This document shows positions 1-9,141 of a DNA stretch of 64,000 bases, piece by piece. The notes beneath the pieces were generated by a model. It was not told where the DNA came from, did not search any database, and saw only the letters and a program-made list of their open reading frames with translations. The translations under genes and the position numbers were made by a program. The stretch is from positions 3,558 through 67,557 of the IMG/VR virus record IMGVR_UViG_3300029258_004380, one strand, 5' to 3'. Positions within the stretch are counted from its first letter, which is position 1. Every line of letters starts with the position of its first letter. Source of the DNA: a virus.

Positions 1-266
1 CTTACGGCTGTTTCCAGGAGCTGGCGGCATTTCTGCTGCTCTCCGGCCACTACGTAAAAGCCGTGGCAACCAAGAACGGTCTGGTGATCGGAATTTCCCA
101 CCAAGACATCGAGGAGCATGACGACGAGGATGATGCGCTGGATGGCCTGAACGTCATTCTGGACCGCATTGACCATTTCTACGGCATTTCCCGCCGCTAC
201 TCGCCGCTAAACGTACCGCATCAGGGACTTTCCAACGTCCACCAGATGTCGGGACGCACGGCGTAG
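1..266 (+). CDS. hypothetical protein, 5'-partial
   Basis: Frame is open back to the window edge; ends TAG followed by the AGGAG RBS of the next gene. Confidence 0.6.
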   Translation, partial: YGCFQELAAFLLLSGHYVKAVATKNGLVIGISHQDIEEHDDEDDALDGLNVILDRIDHFYGISRRYSPLNVPHQGLSNVHQMSGRTA

Positions 267-275
267 GAGAAAAAC

Positions 276-566
276 ATGACGAAAGAACCCAGAATATCCG
301 CGGCTACAGAGGATCTGCTGATGGCTGAAGTCGAGAACGAGGCCGCCGGCGGCGCTTCTCCGGCAACCTTGGAGAGCGCGCTGGATTCTCTGGACCAGGG
401 GTACGTCCCTTGGATCTGCAACGCCGACGACTACCCGGTCGATGACGTGCGGGAGGAATTGTCCGCTCTTGCTGCCCGGTTCGGTAATTGCACTCCTGTA
501 GAAAGTGTGCTTGACAGATCAGCCTGGCAGCGGCGCGCCAGCCGCGGTCGCAGGAGAAAAACGTGA
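276..566 (+). CDS. hypothetical protein
   Basis: AGGAGAAAAAC-ATG start; GTGA overlap with next gene. Confidence 0.7.
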   Translation: MTKEPRISAATEDLLMAEVENEAAGGASPATLESALDSLDQGYVPWICNADDYPVDDVREELSALAARFGNCTPVESVLDRSAWQRRASRGRRRKT

Positions 567-1072
567 AAGTATTTCAACTCACCCTGCTCGGCTGGCAGGC
601 GGAAAACTGCACCGACGCCAGCGAGGAGTGCGTTAAGTTGGTTCGCTGCGAGAACTACGAGGTTCTCAACGATTGGCTGGAGAAAACCGGCCTGATCGAG
701 CTTGTACGAGAGATCGACGACAATCCCCCCGATCATTGGAAATTCGAGGACGGCGTGGACGTAAGGATCGAGGGCCAGGACGTGTTCTGGTCCGAGTCTT
801 ACGGTGTCGCGCCTAAGGACGAATGGAGAGCAACCGTAACTGCCGCCACCAACGAAATTGGGCCTCGCGGGTGGGTGTTTATCGGAGACGAGTACCCCGA
901 TCTTAACGAGGAGATCGGCTTTGCCCCGGCGGAGGAATACCCGGCTGCCGACCACGCTGTGCGGAAATTCGGAAACGAATACGGCGACGGCGATTTCGGC
1001 GTCTACTTTCGCGACTCCCACGGCAAACTGCATTCGTGCGGCGCCGAAAGCACCCCCGAAGATTTCGACTAG
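563..1072 (+). CDS. acidic hypothetical phage protein
   Basis: AGGAG RBS, coupled start, 169 aa. Confidence 0.75.
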   Translation: MKVFQLTLLGWQAENCTDASEECVKLVRCENYEVLNDWLEKTGLIELVREIDDNPPDHWKFEDGVDVRIEGQDVFWSESYGVAPKDEWRATVTAATNEIGPRGWVFIGDEYPDLNEEIGFAPAEEYPAADHAVRKFGNEYGDGDFGVYFRDSHGKLHSCGAESTPEDFD

Positions 1073-1080
1073 GAAAACCC

Positions 1081-1401
1081 ATGCCTACTGTTGACGAGAT
1101 AGCAGCGACAATTCGGGAGCTTGCTGCGAGGTGGGGTAGTTCCCCGCAAGAGATTAACAATGGCCAGTGCGAAGATTTTGCCATTGCTGTAGCAAACCAC
1201 TTGGGGCTTAATGCCTGGAAATTGCTAATGGCAAATCCCGTAGAGGAGTTGCTTGGGCATATCTGGCTGACAATCAACGGGAGACACTACGACGCAGAGA
1301 TGCCCGAGGGCGAGGATAGTTGGTGGGACCTCCCAATTTACCGGCGAATCAAAGATCACCCGTATTATCGGCAATTTTTTGCCGACGGAGAAAAACCGTG
1401 A
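1081..1401 (+). CDS. phage hypothetical protein, possible Cys-His-Asp (transglutaminase/papain-like) triad
   Basis: AGGA RBS; NNGQCEDFA...GHIW...HYDAE motifs. Confidence 0.6.
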   Translation: MPTVDEIAATIRELAARWGSSPQEINNGQCEDFAIAVANHLGLNAWKLLMANPVEELLGHIWLTINGRHYDAEMPEGEDSWWDLPIYRRIKDHPYYRQFFADGEKP

Positions 1402-2201
1402 CAACTGAAACCAAACAACGCCGCGTCCGCATTGTGCAGGACTTTGATCCTCAAAGTCCCCGCGAGTGGGACAATTTTGGGCGGATGGTCTGCTGGCATT
1501 GTTGCTACACCCTGGGCGACGAGCAGCCGAAGGAAAGCAGCGACGAGTGGCTGGCAAGTTTAGCAAGTGAGGCGAGCCCCCGCCTGGAGGAATTGCTGGG
1601 AAAGTGGCAAAACGAGTCGTGGTGTTGGTTGTCCGATCTGCTTGACGCCAGGTCGGGAAAGTCTCCCGCGTTTGAGGAAAAGCTCAAGATCGTGGCCGCA
1701 CATACGGATCAGCTCGTTGCCGCCGTGTTGAAAAAGCACTACGTGATCCTACCGCTGTACTTGTACGATCACAGCGGGATCACCATGAACACCGCGGGTT
1801 TCTCTTGTCCGTGGGACAGCGGACAGGTTGGCTGGATATACTGTTCGCTCGACGAGGCCAGGAAAAACTGGTTGCTGTCAGAGACGGCCGACTGGGATAC
1901 CCCCGTCGAATGGAAAGTCCCCGGCCGCGAGGAAACCATTTCGCTCAGGGAGGCGACCGAGAAAAACCTCCGCTGCGAGGTCGAGACGTACGACCAGTAT
2001 CTCACCGGAGATGTTTACGGTTTCGTCGTTGAGGAGTACGACGGCTGTGAGGCTTGTGGCCGGGGAGACTGGGAGCACGTTGATAGCTGCTGGGGATTTT
2101 TCAGCAGCAACGTGGAGGAAAACGGCATGTTTGACCACATCACCGATCCCGAGCTGCGAGAAATGGCAAAGCAGGCCGAGATCGAGTACCCGAGATATTG
2201 A
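1398..2201 (+). CDS. conserved phage/ICE hypothetical protein
   Basis: GGAG-GTG start; PREWDN, LPLYLYDHSGITM, CPWDSGQVGWIY and DSCWGF motifs recurrent in mobile elements. Confidence 0.8.
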   Translation: MTTETKQRRVRIVQDFDPQSPREWDNFGRMVCWHCCYTLGDEQPKESSDEWLASLASEASPRLEELLGKWQNESWCWLSDLLDARSGKSPAFEEKLKIVAAHTDQLVAAVLKKHYVILPLYLYDHSGITMNTAGFSCPWDSGQVGWIYCSLDEARKNWLLSETADWDTPVEWKVPGREETISLREATEKNLRCEVETYDQYLTGDVYGFVVEEYDGCEACGRGDWEHVDSCWGFFSSNVEENGMFDHITDPELREMAKQAEIEYPRY

Positions 2202-2214
2202 GGGAGAAACCCCA

Positions 2215-2475
2215 ATGACAGTTACCGACGCCTTTCTGGGCCTTGCGCCCGACGAGGTACAGCTTTTTCTCGCCAAGGACGCGGTCCGTGACAAGCTGAT
2301 GGCTGGTTTTCAGGCCGCGGTCGACCACATTCTCGGCGTAGACACCAGCCATGCGCACGCACGGCTGGGACTGTGGAACGACGAAAAGCGGGAGGAATTT
2401 GTGCGGCTGTGCAATTCGGCGATGGCCGACGTGGTGTGCGCGCCGCTTTACAATTTTGTGTTTGAGAAAGAATGA
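2215..2475 (+). CDS. hypothetical protein
   Basis: GGGAG RBS, ATG at 2215. Confidence 0.65.
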   Translation: MTVTDAFLGLAPDEVQLFLAKDAVRDKLMAGFQAAVDHILGVDTSHAHARLGLWNDEKREEFVRLCNSAMADVVCAPLYNFVFEKE

Positions 2476-2497
2476 CTGTTCACTTCAGGAGCAAACT

Positions 2498-2935
2498 ATG
2501 GGCCAGTATTACTATGTTGTAAATCTCGACAAGCGCGAGTATCTGTACCCGCACAAGTTCGGCGACGGACTCAAGCTGTGTGAATTTGGCGCCAGCGGTT
2601 GCGGTACAATGCTCGGCCTGGCGGTGCTGCTGTCGAACGGCAACGGGGGCGGTGGTGGGGACATCGACAGCGACGACGAGATTATCGGTTCGTGGGCCGG
2701 CGATCGAATTGTCCTTGCTGGTGACTACGGTGATTGTGGTCGGTTCATCCCCAACGACGTTTCTTTGGAGACTCTCCGGAGGATTGCTAGAAAGTCGTTC
2801 TCGGAGGGTTACCAACAACCTGAGCGTGTGAATTTACATCATCTTGCGCAGGTCGAGTGGACCGACATTTCGGACAGGGTTCTCGCCGCCCTCAAGCAGG
2901 ACGAGTATCTCGCAGAAAATTTGCGCACACCGTAG
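2498..2935 (+). CDS. conserved phage hypothetical protein
   Basis: AGGAG RBS; MGQYY..VNLDKREY, GLKL.E and GSWAGDRIVLAGDY motifs. Confidence 0.8.
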   Translation: MGQYYYVVNLDKREYLYPHKFGDGLKLCEFGASGCGTMLGLAVLLSNGNGGGGGDIDSDDEIIGSWAGDRIVLAGDYGDCGRFIPNDVSLETLRRIARKSFSEGYQQPERVNLHHLAQVEWTDISDRVLAALKQDEYLAENLRTP

Positions 2936-2938
2936 GGT

Positions 2939-3472
2939 GTGTCGCGATTGGAAAAAAATGTGCCCGAACAACTACCCTTGGCCAATCACGGACCACCAAT
3001 CCCGGCAGAGCCAGACTATCTGTACTCGGTGATCTATTCGTTTGACTGCCCTAAAACTCAGTGGGTGAGGAATTTTAACCCACCCACAAAGCAGCGAAAG
3101 CTGTGGCAGTTGACCGAACAAGACGACGCATCCGACGAATACGAGGACCTATGCAACTGTAACCCCGACGAACCTTGCTTGTGCGGGTTTCGCCGTGTAT
3201 ACTACCGAAAATGGTGCGCAATGCTCACGCAGGAGCAATTCGACGAGTTCGTGAATCTTGTCGGTCTGTGCGCTGAGGATATCGAGACAATGGGATCTAT
3301 TGGCGCTCCCGGTTTTGGTTTTGGATGCGCCCCAGCAATTTCGTTTACGTTACACGCCGATCTATACGCTGGCGCCTATGTCACCTCCTGTCCCAAAGAG
3401 GGTGACGAATTCTGGCCCACCGAGGATGCCTGGAAAAAGGTGCGCCGGCAAGTGATCGAGCACTACCAGTGA
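2939..3472 (+). CDS. hypothetical protein
   Basis: 177-aa ORF filling the gap; start uncertain. Confidence 0.7.
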   Translation: MSRLEKNVPEQLPLANHGPPIPAEPDYLYSVIYSFDCPKTQWVRNFNPPTKQRKLWQLTEQDDASDEYEDLCNCNPDEPCLCGFRRVYYRKWCAMLTQEQFDEFVNLVGLCAEDIETMGSIGAPGFGFGCAPAISFTLHADLYAGAYVTSCPKEGDEFWPTEDAWKKVRRQVIEHYQ

Positions 3473-3482
3473 GGAGAAAAAC

Positions 3483-3695
3483 ATGACAAACGAATGTCTG
3501 CTCGTTGACCTGATCTACCAGGGTTTGCGTCGTCTGGGCATGGGCAACCCAGCCATCAACGATGTTTCGTTCGATGGCGACCACAAGAGCTGTGAAGTTA
3601 TCATCACCCTGGACGACGGCCAGCAGCTACGGGACTACGTAATTTCTAGTAAAGCTGTCCACGAAAGCTACAGAGACTACGACGAAAGCCAGTGA
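3483..3695 (+). CDS. hypothetical protein
   Basis: GAGGAGAAAAAC-ATG. Confidence 0.7.
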   Translation: MTNECLLVDLIYQGLRRLGMGNPAINDVSFDGDHKSCEVIITLDDGQQLRDYVISSKAVHESYRDYDESQ

Positions 3696-3711
3696 GCTGA
3701 GGAGAAAAACT

Positions 3712-3963
3712 GTGGGAATGGGAGCAATACCCTGTCACGCGTCTGTGATCGAGTGGGAAAACATCAAGAAACTGGTGCCTAAAGAGGCGGCGGAATTCGA
3801 GCGCCTGGTGGACGAGCACGGCCTGACATTGGCCGCTGCCGCGATTTCCCGGCCCACTGCCGATGTGAAATCGGGCCCGGGCGGGCCGACGAGCCCGGAA
3901 CCATCACACGAAAGGGAGAAACGATGCCAGCGACACACATTGCGGAAATCACCGACAGAATGA
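3712..3963 (+). pseudogene. probably truncated hypothetical gene
   Basis: Good RBS and start, but the frame runs through an intergenic hairpin element and into the next gene. Confidence 0.4.
3881..3920 (+). repeat. intergenic hairpin/RBS element, copy 1
   Basis: GCGGGCCGAC-GAGCCCG...CACGAAAGGGAGA. Confidence 0.6.
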
Positions 3964-4211
3964 TCCTCGACCGATTGTGCCAGGTCCGCGGCGTGCATGT
4001 CTGTTGGACCGGCCGAATGCCACGAGAGGTCGAGCGATGGACTGACGCGGCAAACGAGATTCTGCCGACTTTGACGCCGGCCATCGTGTGCCGGCAGTTG
4101 GAGCACCACTTGATGGGCGACGATGCCCAGCACGAGATCGACATGGCGATCAGCATGGCCTGCGAGCCGGACGACCTGCCCGACGGGGCGATGGTTGAAC
4201 TGATGTTCTGA
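3924..4211 (+). CDS. hypothetical protein
   Basis: AAGGGAG RBS, 95 aa. Confidence 0.7.
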   Translation: MPATHIAEITDRMILDRLCQVRGVHVCWTGRMPREVERWTDAANEILPTLTPAIVCRQLEHHLMGDDAQHEIDMAISMACEPDDLPDGAMVELMF

Positions 4212-4264
4212 GCGGGCCGACTGAGCCCGATACACAACGCCGCCGAGGCGGCACAGAAAGGGAG
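4212..4264 (+). repeat. intergenic hairpin/RBS element, copy 2
   Basis: GCGGGCCGACTGAGCCCG...CAGAAAGGGAGA. Confidence 0.6.
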
Positions 4265-4272
4265 ATGAAACA

Positions 4273-4449
4273 ATGACCCCATATGAAAGAGCACGCGCAA
4301 TACAGGCATTGGTCGCTATCAACAGCCAGAATGCAGAATTACTTGACGACGCAATCCGCGGCATGCAAAGCACGGACGACCCCGCGTTGTGCGCGCTGCA
4401 TGATGCTCTGGTAGAACAGAGGGCAGAACTGACAAGCGCAAAAAACTAG
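4273..4449 (+). CDS. small hypothetical protein (58 aa, not in ORF track)
   Basis: GGGAG RBS; MTPYERARAIQ...SAKN. Confidence 0.65.
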   Translation: MTPYERARAIQALVAINSQNAELLDDAIRGMQSTDDPALCALHDALVEQRAELTSAKN

Positions 4450-4541
4450 CCCCCGGCAAGGCGTAAGGGGTTACGCTGGTCGGCGCATTGTCTTACCCTC
4501 GCCGACCAGTTGGGGTGGGAACACAATTGTAGGGGAAAACC

Positions 4542-4706
4542 ATGCCGGGTATGTCTGAGAAGTATTTAGTGTACAGAATCTTCCGTTTCGAGGACAAGAC
4601 GGACGTGGAGCACGACTTTGCGGTGATCTCCGCCGGTCCGGAGGAGGAAGTCAGAGAGTCGCGGAAGTACGGCAACTTTGTCTGCGTCGAGGTCCGAGAA
4701 CTGTAG
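4542..4706 (+). CDS. small hypothetical protein (54 aa, not in ORF track)
   Basis: AGGGG RBS; MPGMSEKYLVYRIF...VREL. Confidence 0.6.
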   Translation: MPGMSEKYLVYRIFRFEDKTDVEHDFAVISAGPEEEVRESRKYGNFVCVEVREL

Positions 4707-5106
4707 GGAAATTTTGGCTTCTTTCCCTGTGATGTACAGAATCCTCCAGAGGCTCACCGGGGCTCCGTTCTGCGCAGAGGGGCAGGATGTCTCCCGCTGT
4801 GCAGAACGAGATTCTGGCGCAAGCTGGCGCAAATTCGGGCTGGTTCTGGGAAATTCTCCCCGGAGTGGACGACCATGTACAGAATTGTTACCGCCAAAAA
4901 CTGAGGGGGTATTACACCATGGTTCTGGATCAAAATTTTGGGGCTGCTGGTGAGTTTTCTGGCCGAGCAGTACCACGAGAAACTGGCTGAGGGCGGCCGA
5001 TGACCGGCCAGTCGTTATCAAACTCAGCACTAGCTCCGGGTTTAACCCGGAGAGTTACTTTACGAGGGATTGCGCGAGAAATTCCGTAATTTACCTCACA
5101 ATTCGC

Positions 5107-5134
5107 TTGACCTGTAGCAACGCAACTGTATAAT
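5107..5134 (+). promoter_or_regulatory. sigma70-type promoter
   Basis: TTGACC-N16-TATAAT in an intergenic region. Confidence 0.7.
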
Positions 5135-5266
5135 GAGGGCAGACAGGAGCCCGTGCGCCTCTGGCCATGTACGGGCCGACAGGGCAAACCCGCATGTCCG
5201 CGCCTCTCCCCTTAGCAACAACGTCACCGCTACTATTCTGCGCGCGGTGACCGGAAAGGGCATTCT

Positions 5267-5632
5267 TTGAGCCACGTGGTAACCATTAAGCCGATGCTCT
5301 ACGACCCATCGGCAATCCGGGCTGCCTGCGCGCGGCTGGGGCTGGAGCCCCCGCAACACGGTGAGGGTAAGATTTTCACCAACCGGCGAACCGGTCAGAT
5401 CGTCAAGCTGCCCGGTTGGAAATACCCGCTAGTCTGCGATACCAGAACGGGCGAGGTTCACTACGACAACTACAAGGGCCGGTGGAGGGAGCAGAAGCAA
5501 CTCGATCGGTTTTTGCAAGCCTACTCGGTGGAAAAGGCCAAGATCGAGGCCCGCAAGCAGGGGCACTCAGTTGCCGAGCAGTCGCTTAAAGATGGTTCGG
5601 TAAAGCTGACCATTCAGGTCCGGGGAGGATGA
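5267..5632 (+). CDS. DUF1257 (Ycf35-like) protein, planctomycete type
   Basis: MSHVVTI..., LPGWKYP, YDNYKGRW, LQAYSVEKAKIEARKQGH, DGSVKLTI. Confidence 0.85.
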   Translation: MSHVVTIKPMLYDPSAIRAACARLGLEPPQHGEGKIFTNRRTGQIVKLPGWKYPLVCDTRTGEVHYDNYKGRWREQKQLDRFLQAYSVEKAKIEARKQGHSVAEQSLKDGSVKLTIQVRGG

Positions 5633-5829
5633 GGGCAATGGAACTAAAGATCTTCTGCCCGGTCACGGCGGAAATCCCCAACGAAGTTCTCCCCCAACAA
5701 AACCTTTGAGATCTCTTGCAACTACTTTGAGCCCGGCACGCTCGCGTGGTCAAAAGCGGAGAACTTGCCGCAGGCCAGTCCCGGCTGAAACGCCCCAACT
5801 TCTGGTGCGAGGAGGAAAACCAAGCATGA
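5629..5829 (+). pseudogene. small ORF with two in-frame TGA (5707, 5728)
   Basis: ATGA overlaps at both ends lie in the same frame. Confidence 0.5.
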
Positions 5830-6017
5830 AAACCATCGAGATTATTGTCGCCCCCGACGGCAAGACAAGCGTCGAGACCAGGGGCTTTCAGGGCGACGGC
5901 TGCCGATCGGCCTCGGGTGCGCTGGAGCGGGCCTTGGGATTGAAAAAGTCGGATGCGCCCACTGCCGAGTATTTTCAGCAGTCGCACAGCGACCATGTAC
6001 AGGAGGGTCTTGGATGA
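5826..6017 (+). CDS. DUF2997 protein
   Basis: GAGGAGG RBS; MKTIEIIVAPDGKTSVETRGFQGDGC...LERALG. Confidence 0.85.
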   Translation: MKTIEIIVAPDGKTSVETRGFQGDGCRSASGALERALGLKKSDAPTAEYFQQSHSDHVQEGLG

Positions 6018-6208
6018 GCAGACTCAGAAAAGGCTGTGGACGGGGGCGGAGGGCGCGGCGTGAGGATGCAGAAAAGCGACAGCAAGAGCGACGCCGTCGG
6101 ACGGCATCGCAGCAGCTTGGCCGCCTCGACCGGCTGCTGGGTAAGAACCTTGGTGTCCGCAAAGAGCGCGGCCGATTGCTGGCAGAAGTCTCCCGAGGGG
6201 CCGTCTAG
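6014..6208 (+). CDS. small basic phage protein
   Basis: ATGA coupling; QQLGRLDRLLG...KERGRL. Confidence 0.65.
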   Translation: MSRLRKGCGRGRRARREDAEKRQQERRRRTASQQLGRLDRLLGKNLGVRKERGRLLAEVSRGAV

Positions 6209-6402
6209 TGGTTATCATTAACCGCATCGGCGGAAAGTGGAGAATCGTCTTTGGTCTTAGCAGTGATCGCCGCTCTTGGGTTCGTAGGCGCCCGGTGGAG
6301 GCTCACGATCTGGCCGAAGTATTTGCCGTTTTAGGCCATTACTACGGCCACTACCACGCCGAAGAAATCTGTCCCTTGTGCAAGCGAGGAGAAAAACCGT
6401 GA
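6208..6402 (+). CDS. hypothetical protein
   Basis: Coupled at both ends; C-terminal HYH..CPLC. Confidence 0.6.
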   Translation: MVIINRIGGKWRIVFGLSSDRRSWVRRRPVEAHDLAEVFAVLGHYYGHYHAEEICPLCKRGEKP

Positions 6403-6845
6403 CGCAGACACAGACCAAGCTGCAGCAGGACTTGCTGGATTATGTCAACGCCAGAGAATGTCAAAAGCGGGACGCTCGCTTTGAGGAGGCAATACGGATG
6501 ACCGAGGAGGCGTTTCTCAGCGAACTGGGGCAGCTGGTGGGCAACCTCCGCGGGCGGCTTGCCGGCGATCAGGACGGCAGGCCCAAAGTCTTCCGCGATA
6601 CTACGGTGACCAACCTGGCCAAGTTTTTCGGACGCTTTAAGTCGCTGAACGTCAACTCCAGCGAGCAGCTGAACCAGTTGGTGGAGGAGGCCCAGCAGCT
6701 AATCGGCGGAGTTCAGCCACAGATGCTGCGGGAAGACCTCAACCTGAGGCAGCGGATCGGCGAGAGTCTGGGCAGCCTGCAGGAGTCTCTGGACGAACTG
6801 CTGGTAGATCGGCCGCGGAGAAACATCGTACGGAGGCCCAAGTAA
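6399..6845 (+). CDS. C-terminal part of a DUF3150-like planctomycete protein
   Basis: RFEEAI...DGRPKVFRD...FFGRFKSLNV...LLVDRPRRNI; the N-terminal half appears absent. Confidence 0.65.
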   Translation: MTQTQTKLQQDLLDYVNARECQKRDARFEEAIRMTEEAFLSELGQLVGNLRGRLAGDQDGRPKVFRDTTVTNLAKFFGRFKSLNVNSSEQLNQLVEEAQQLIGGVQPQMLREDLNLRQRIGESLGSLQESLDELLVDRPRRNIVRRPK

Positions 6846-6854
6846 GGAGAAACC

Positions 6855-7253
6855 ATGAAAGGACTACTGACTATCTCCCATTTTTCTGGGAGCAGCGAGG
6901 GCGTGAGCATCGAGGTTACCGACAAACTCAGCGGGATACCATTCTTGGAACTGGAAATCAGCCACGAGCAGTTTGGCCGTGCGCTTGGGTCGCAGGCATG
7001 CCGCCCGTGTGAATTCGAGTTGCGAGATACCGAGCGGGTTGGCAAACGGATGGAGGTCAAGACCGTGATGCTGCCCAGATATCTCGGCCAAGACCGGGAG
7101 GTGGCCCTCGCGAAATCTCTTGAGGATGCCCAGCCCTACGAGGTGGACGGCTGGGTGGCCGAGATTGAGCAGGCGTACCGGACTCAACAGCACGGCCACT
7201 ACCTGGTGGTAGTCTTTCGCCGCTACGTCAACGTGGGGGAGAACGGCAAGTAA
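6855..7253 (+). CDS. hypothetical protein
   Basis: AAGGAG RBS, TAATG coupling. Confidence 0.75.
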   Translation: MKGLLTISHFSGSSEGVSIEVTDKLSGIPFLELEISHEQFGRALGSQACRPCEFELRDTERVGKRMEVKTVMLPRYLGQDREVALAKSLEDAQPYEVDGWVAEIEQAYRTQQHGHYLVVVFRRYVNVGENGK

Positions 7254-7685
7254 TGGACTTGGTAGTAGAAAAGACCGGCGCGGTCCGCTGTGTCTACGGC
7301 GAGGAGATCGACCTGAAAACCCTGGGCGCCCCCTCCACGCGACGGGCCTCACACGTGGAGCCTGGCGACGGTGGCAACTGGTGGGCCGATCTTTCTCCAG
7401 TGGGTGGGCCGCTACTGGGACCTTTCGATCTGGGTACGCCAAACAGGTCCGGCGCGCAGTCGTTGCGAACCTCGTCCACGAGGAAAGCCTGTCGCTGCTG
7501 CGCACCAGGTTGTGGCAGAACATTTTGTCTGCCCCTGTCAACGGGTAGCTTTAGAACGCGAACTGCGGCGCAGTGGCTACTACGTCCCGCCAAAACCATT
7601 TGATTATATCAGTTTCCCTCGCAGTTGGTGGTCGAGTGGACTGCTCTATTGTCTTCGTTGGCTGGCAGCTGCCGCGTACGAGTAG
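7253..7685 (+). pseudogene. fusion of a DUF1257-cluster small protein (to about 7428) with the tail of another gene
   Basis: RCVYGEEIDL..RRASHVEP...WWADLSPVGGPLLGPF ends abruptly; the plausible coding frame then switches. Confidence 0.5.
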
Positions 7686-7705
7686 AAAATCTAGGAGAAA
7701 GTTTC

Positions 7706-7927
7706 ATGGAAAAGACACTCAAAGATCCTGCCGGTGGTGACTTTGTTTGGACCCAGGCCGACATTGACGGGGTGATGGGTGAACTGGGCCGACGGATGGC
7801 GCAAGGCAAGTTCGACCCCAAAACCTGGGAGGGAGAGGAATTCGAGTTCACCTTCGCCGACGGCACGGTCCACTGCGTGCTGCCAAAATACTTTGCCTAC
7901 GTTTACAAGCAGTGGAAAGAGATGTAG
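7706..7927 (+). CDS. hypothetical protein
   Basis: AGGAG RBS, ATG 7706. Confidence 0.65.
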   Translation: MEKTLKDPAGGDFVWTQADIDGVMGELGRRMAQGKFDPKTWEGEEFEFTFADGTVHCVLPKYFAYVYKQWKEM

Positions 7928-8100
7928 GAGAAAACTCCACGAGTCCTGAAATTATTGTCTGCCCGCACTGTCGAGGTAAGTGCCTCGTCGCGGATAGGGA
8001 GGAGCCCCAGGGGGCAGGAGACGGCGAGATGCCCTGCCCGGAGTGTGCGGGCGACGGGGTTATCTGCGCGCCGATGAAACTGTCGGGGGAGAGCGGATGA
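7912..8100 (+). CDS. small zinc-finger protein (DnaJ-like CxxCxGxG)
   Basis: CPHCRGK and CPECAGDG; start uncertain (the RBS precedes an ACG). Confidence 0.5.
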   Translation: MERDVGENSTSPEIIVCPHCRGKCLVADREEPQGAGDGEMPCPECAGDGVICAPMKLSGESG

Positions 8101-8666
8101 AAGTCGTCAACGAGACCCACTGGCGGACCGACCACCTGCGGCGGTTTCTCTACGCCGTGGGGCGAGAGGAATTGGAGCCGGAAGACCTCAGGCGGCTGCA
8201 CGTGCGAGTGATCTACGGCCGAGGGAGGCACTACAGGTACGGCAGCACCGGCGGGTATGCTTGGTACAACAGCACCCAGATGGTGTTGAAAATGCCCCAG
8301 GAAATCGTAATTTCCTATACCCGCCGCAGCTTGGCGATGACCATCGCGCACGAGATGGCCCACTGCCGCGGGATGCAACACCGCGACATGCGAGACAGCC
8401 CCCGGTACAGTTTCGTCGACGGTTGGTGGGAGCGATACGCCTGGGCCAACGATCTGCCGCTGGAGAAGAAGGCACCCAAGAAGAAAAAGCCCCGGCTTAC
8501 TGGCGAGGCCCTGGCCGCGGAGCGGGCGGAGCATTTTCGGGGGCTGCTTGCGCAGTGGGAGACCAGGGCCAAGCGCGCCGCCACAGCAATCAAGAAATAC
8601 CGCGCCAAGATCCGCTACTACGAGCGGAGAGTGGCGGCGTGTGCCAAGAGGGAAATCGATGACTGA
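8097..8666 (+). CDS. HExxH zinc metallopeptidase-like (SprT-like) protein
   Basis: TIAHEMAHCRGMQH; basic C-terminal helix. Confidence 0.75.
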   Translation: MKVVNETHWRTDHLRRFLYAVGREELEPEDLRRLHVRVIYGRGRHYRYGSTGGYAWYNSTQMVLKMPQEIVISYTRRSLAMTIAHEMAHCRGMQHRDMRDSPRYSFVDGWWERYAWANDLPLEKKAPKKKKPRLTGEALAAERAEHFRGLLAQWETRAKRAATAIKKYRAKIRYYERRVAACAKREIDD

Positions 8667-9141
8667 GCAGAACCAGCTTGCCGAAGTTCGCTGCCAATGC
8701 TGTGGAGAGGCTGGACACATGATCTGCGGTGACGCGAACACCTTGTGGTGTTTCAACTGCCGCAGCTGCCAGCCTGCCGGCACAGGCACTACAAGACAGG
8801 AAATCCACCAACAGCTGGACGCATTTCTGTTAGATCGCCGGAAGAGTGATGGCGGATACGCCAAAATCACCCAGAAGGACATCACAGATCTCGGTGAACT
8901 CCTACGCAAAATCATCGAAGAGAAATGCGAGCCTGATCCCGAAGGCAACCGGCCCATTGAGTTCAAGCTGATCGACCGCACACGGTTCGAGCCGATGCAC
9001 TTTGTGCCAGTAGCGTACGAGCACAAGGCCGAAAACCAAGGGGACCTTGACGAGATTCTTGACGACCACCTGCTGAATCTCTCGATTGCAATGAACCGCG
9101 TAGAAACCGAACTGCAGGTGACCAGACTGAGGAAACGATGA
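8659..9141 (+). CDS. hypothetical protein with N-terminal Cys cluster
   Basis: ATG 8659; CQCCG...CFNC. Confidence 0.65.
   Translation: MTEQNQLAEVRCQCCGEAGHMICGDANTLWCFNCRSCQPAGTGTTRQEIHQQLDAFLLDRRKSDGGYAKITQKDITDLGELLRKIIEEKCEPDPEGNRPIEFKLIDRTRFEPMHFVPVAYEHKAENQGDLDEILDDHLLNLSIAMNRVETELQVTRLRKR

Noticed and set aside
5178-5192. c-di-GMP-I riboswitch (ACAGGGCAAACC)
   Set aside because: The downstream GAAA stem and GGGACGCAAA elements are missing
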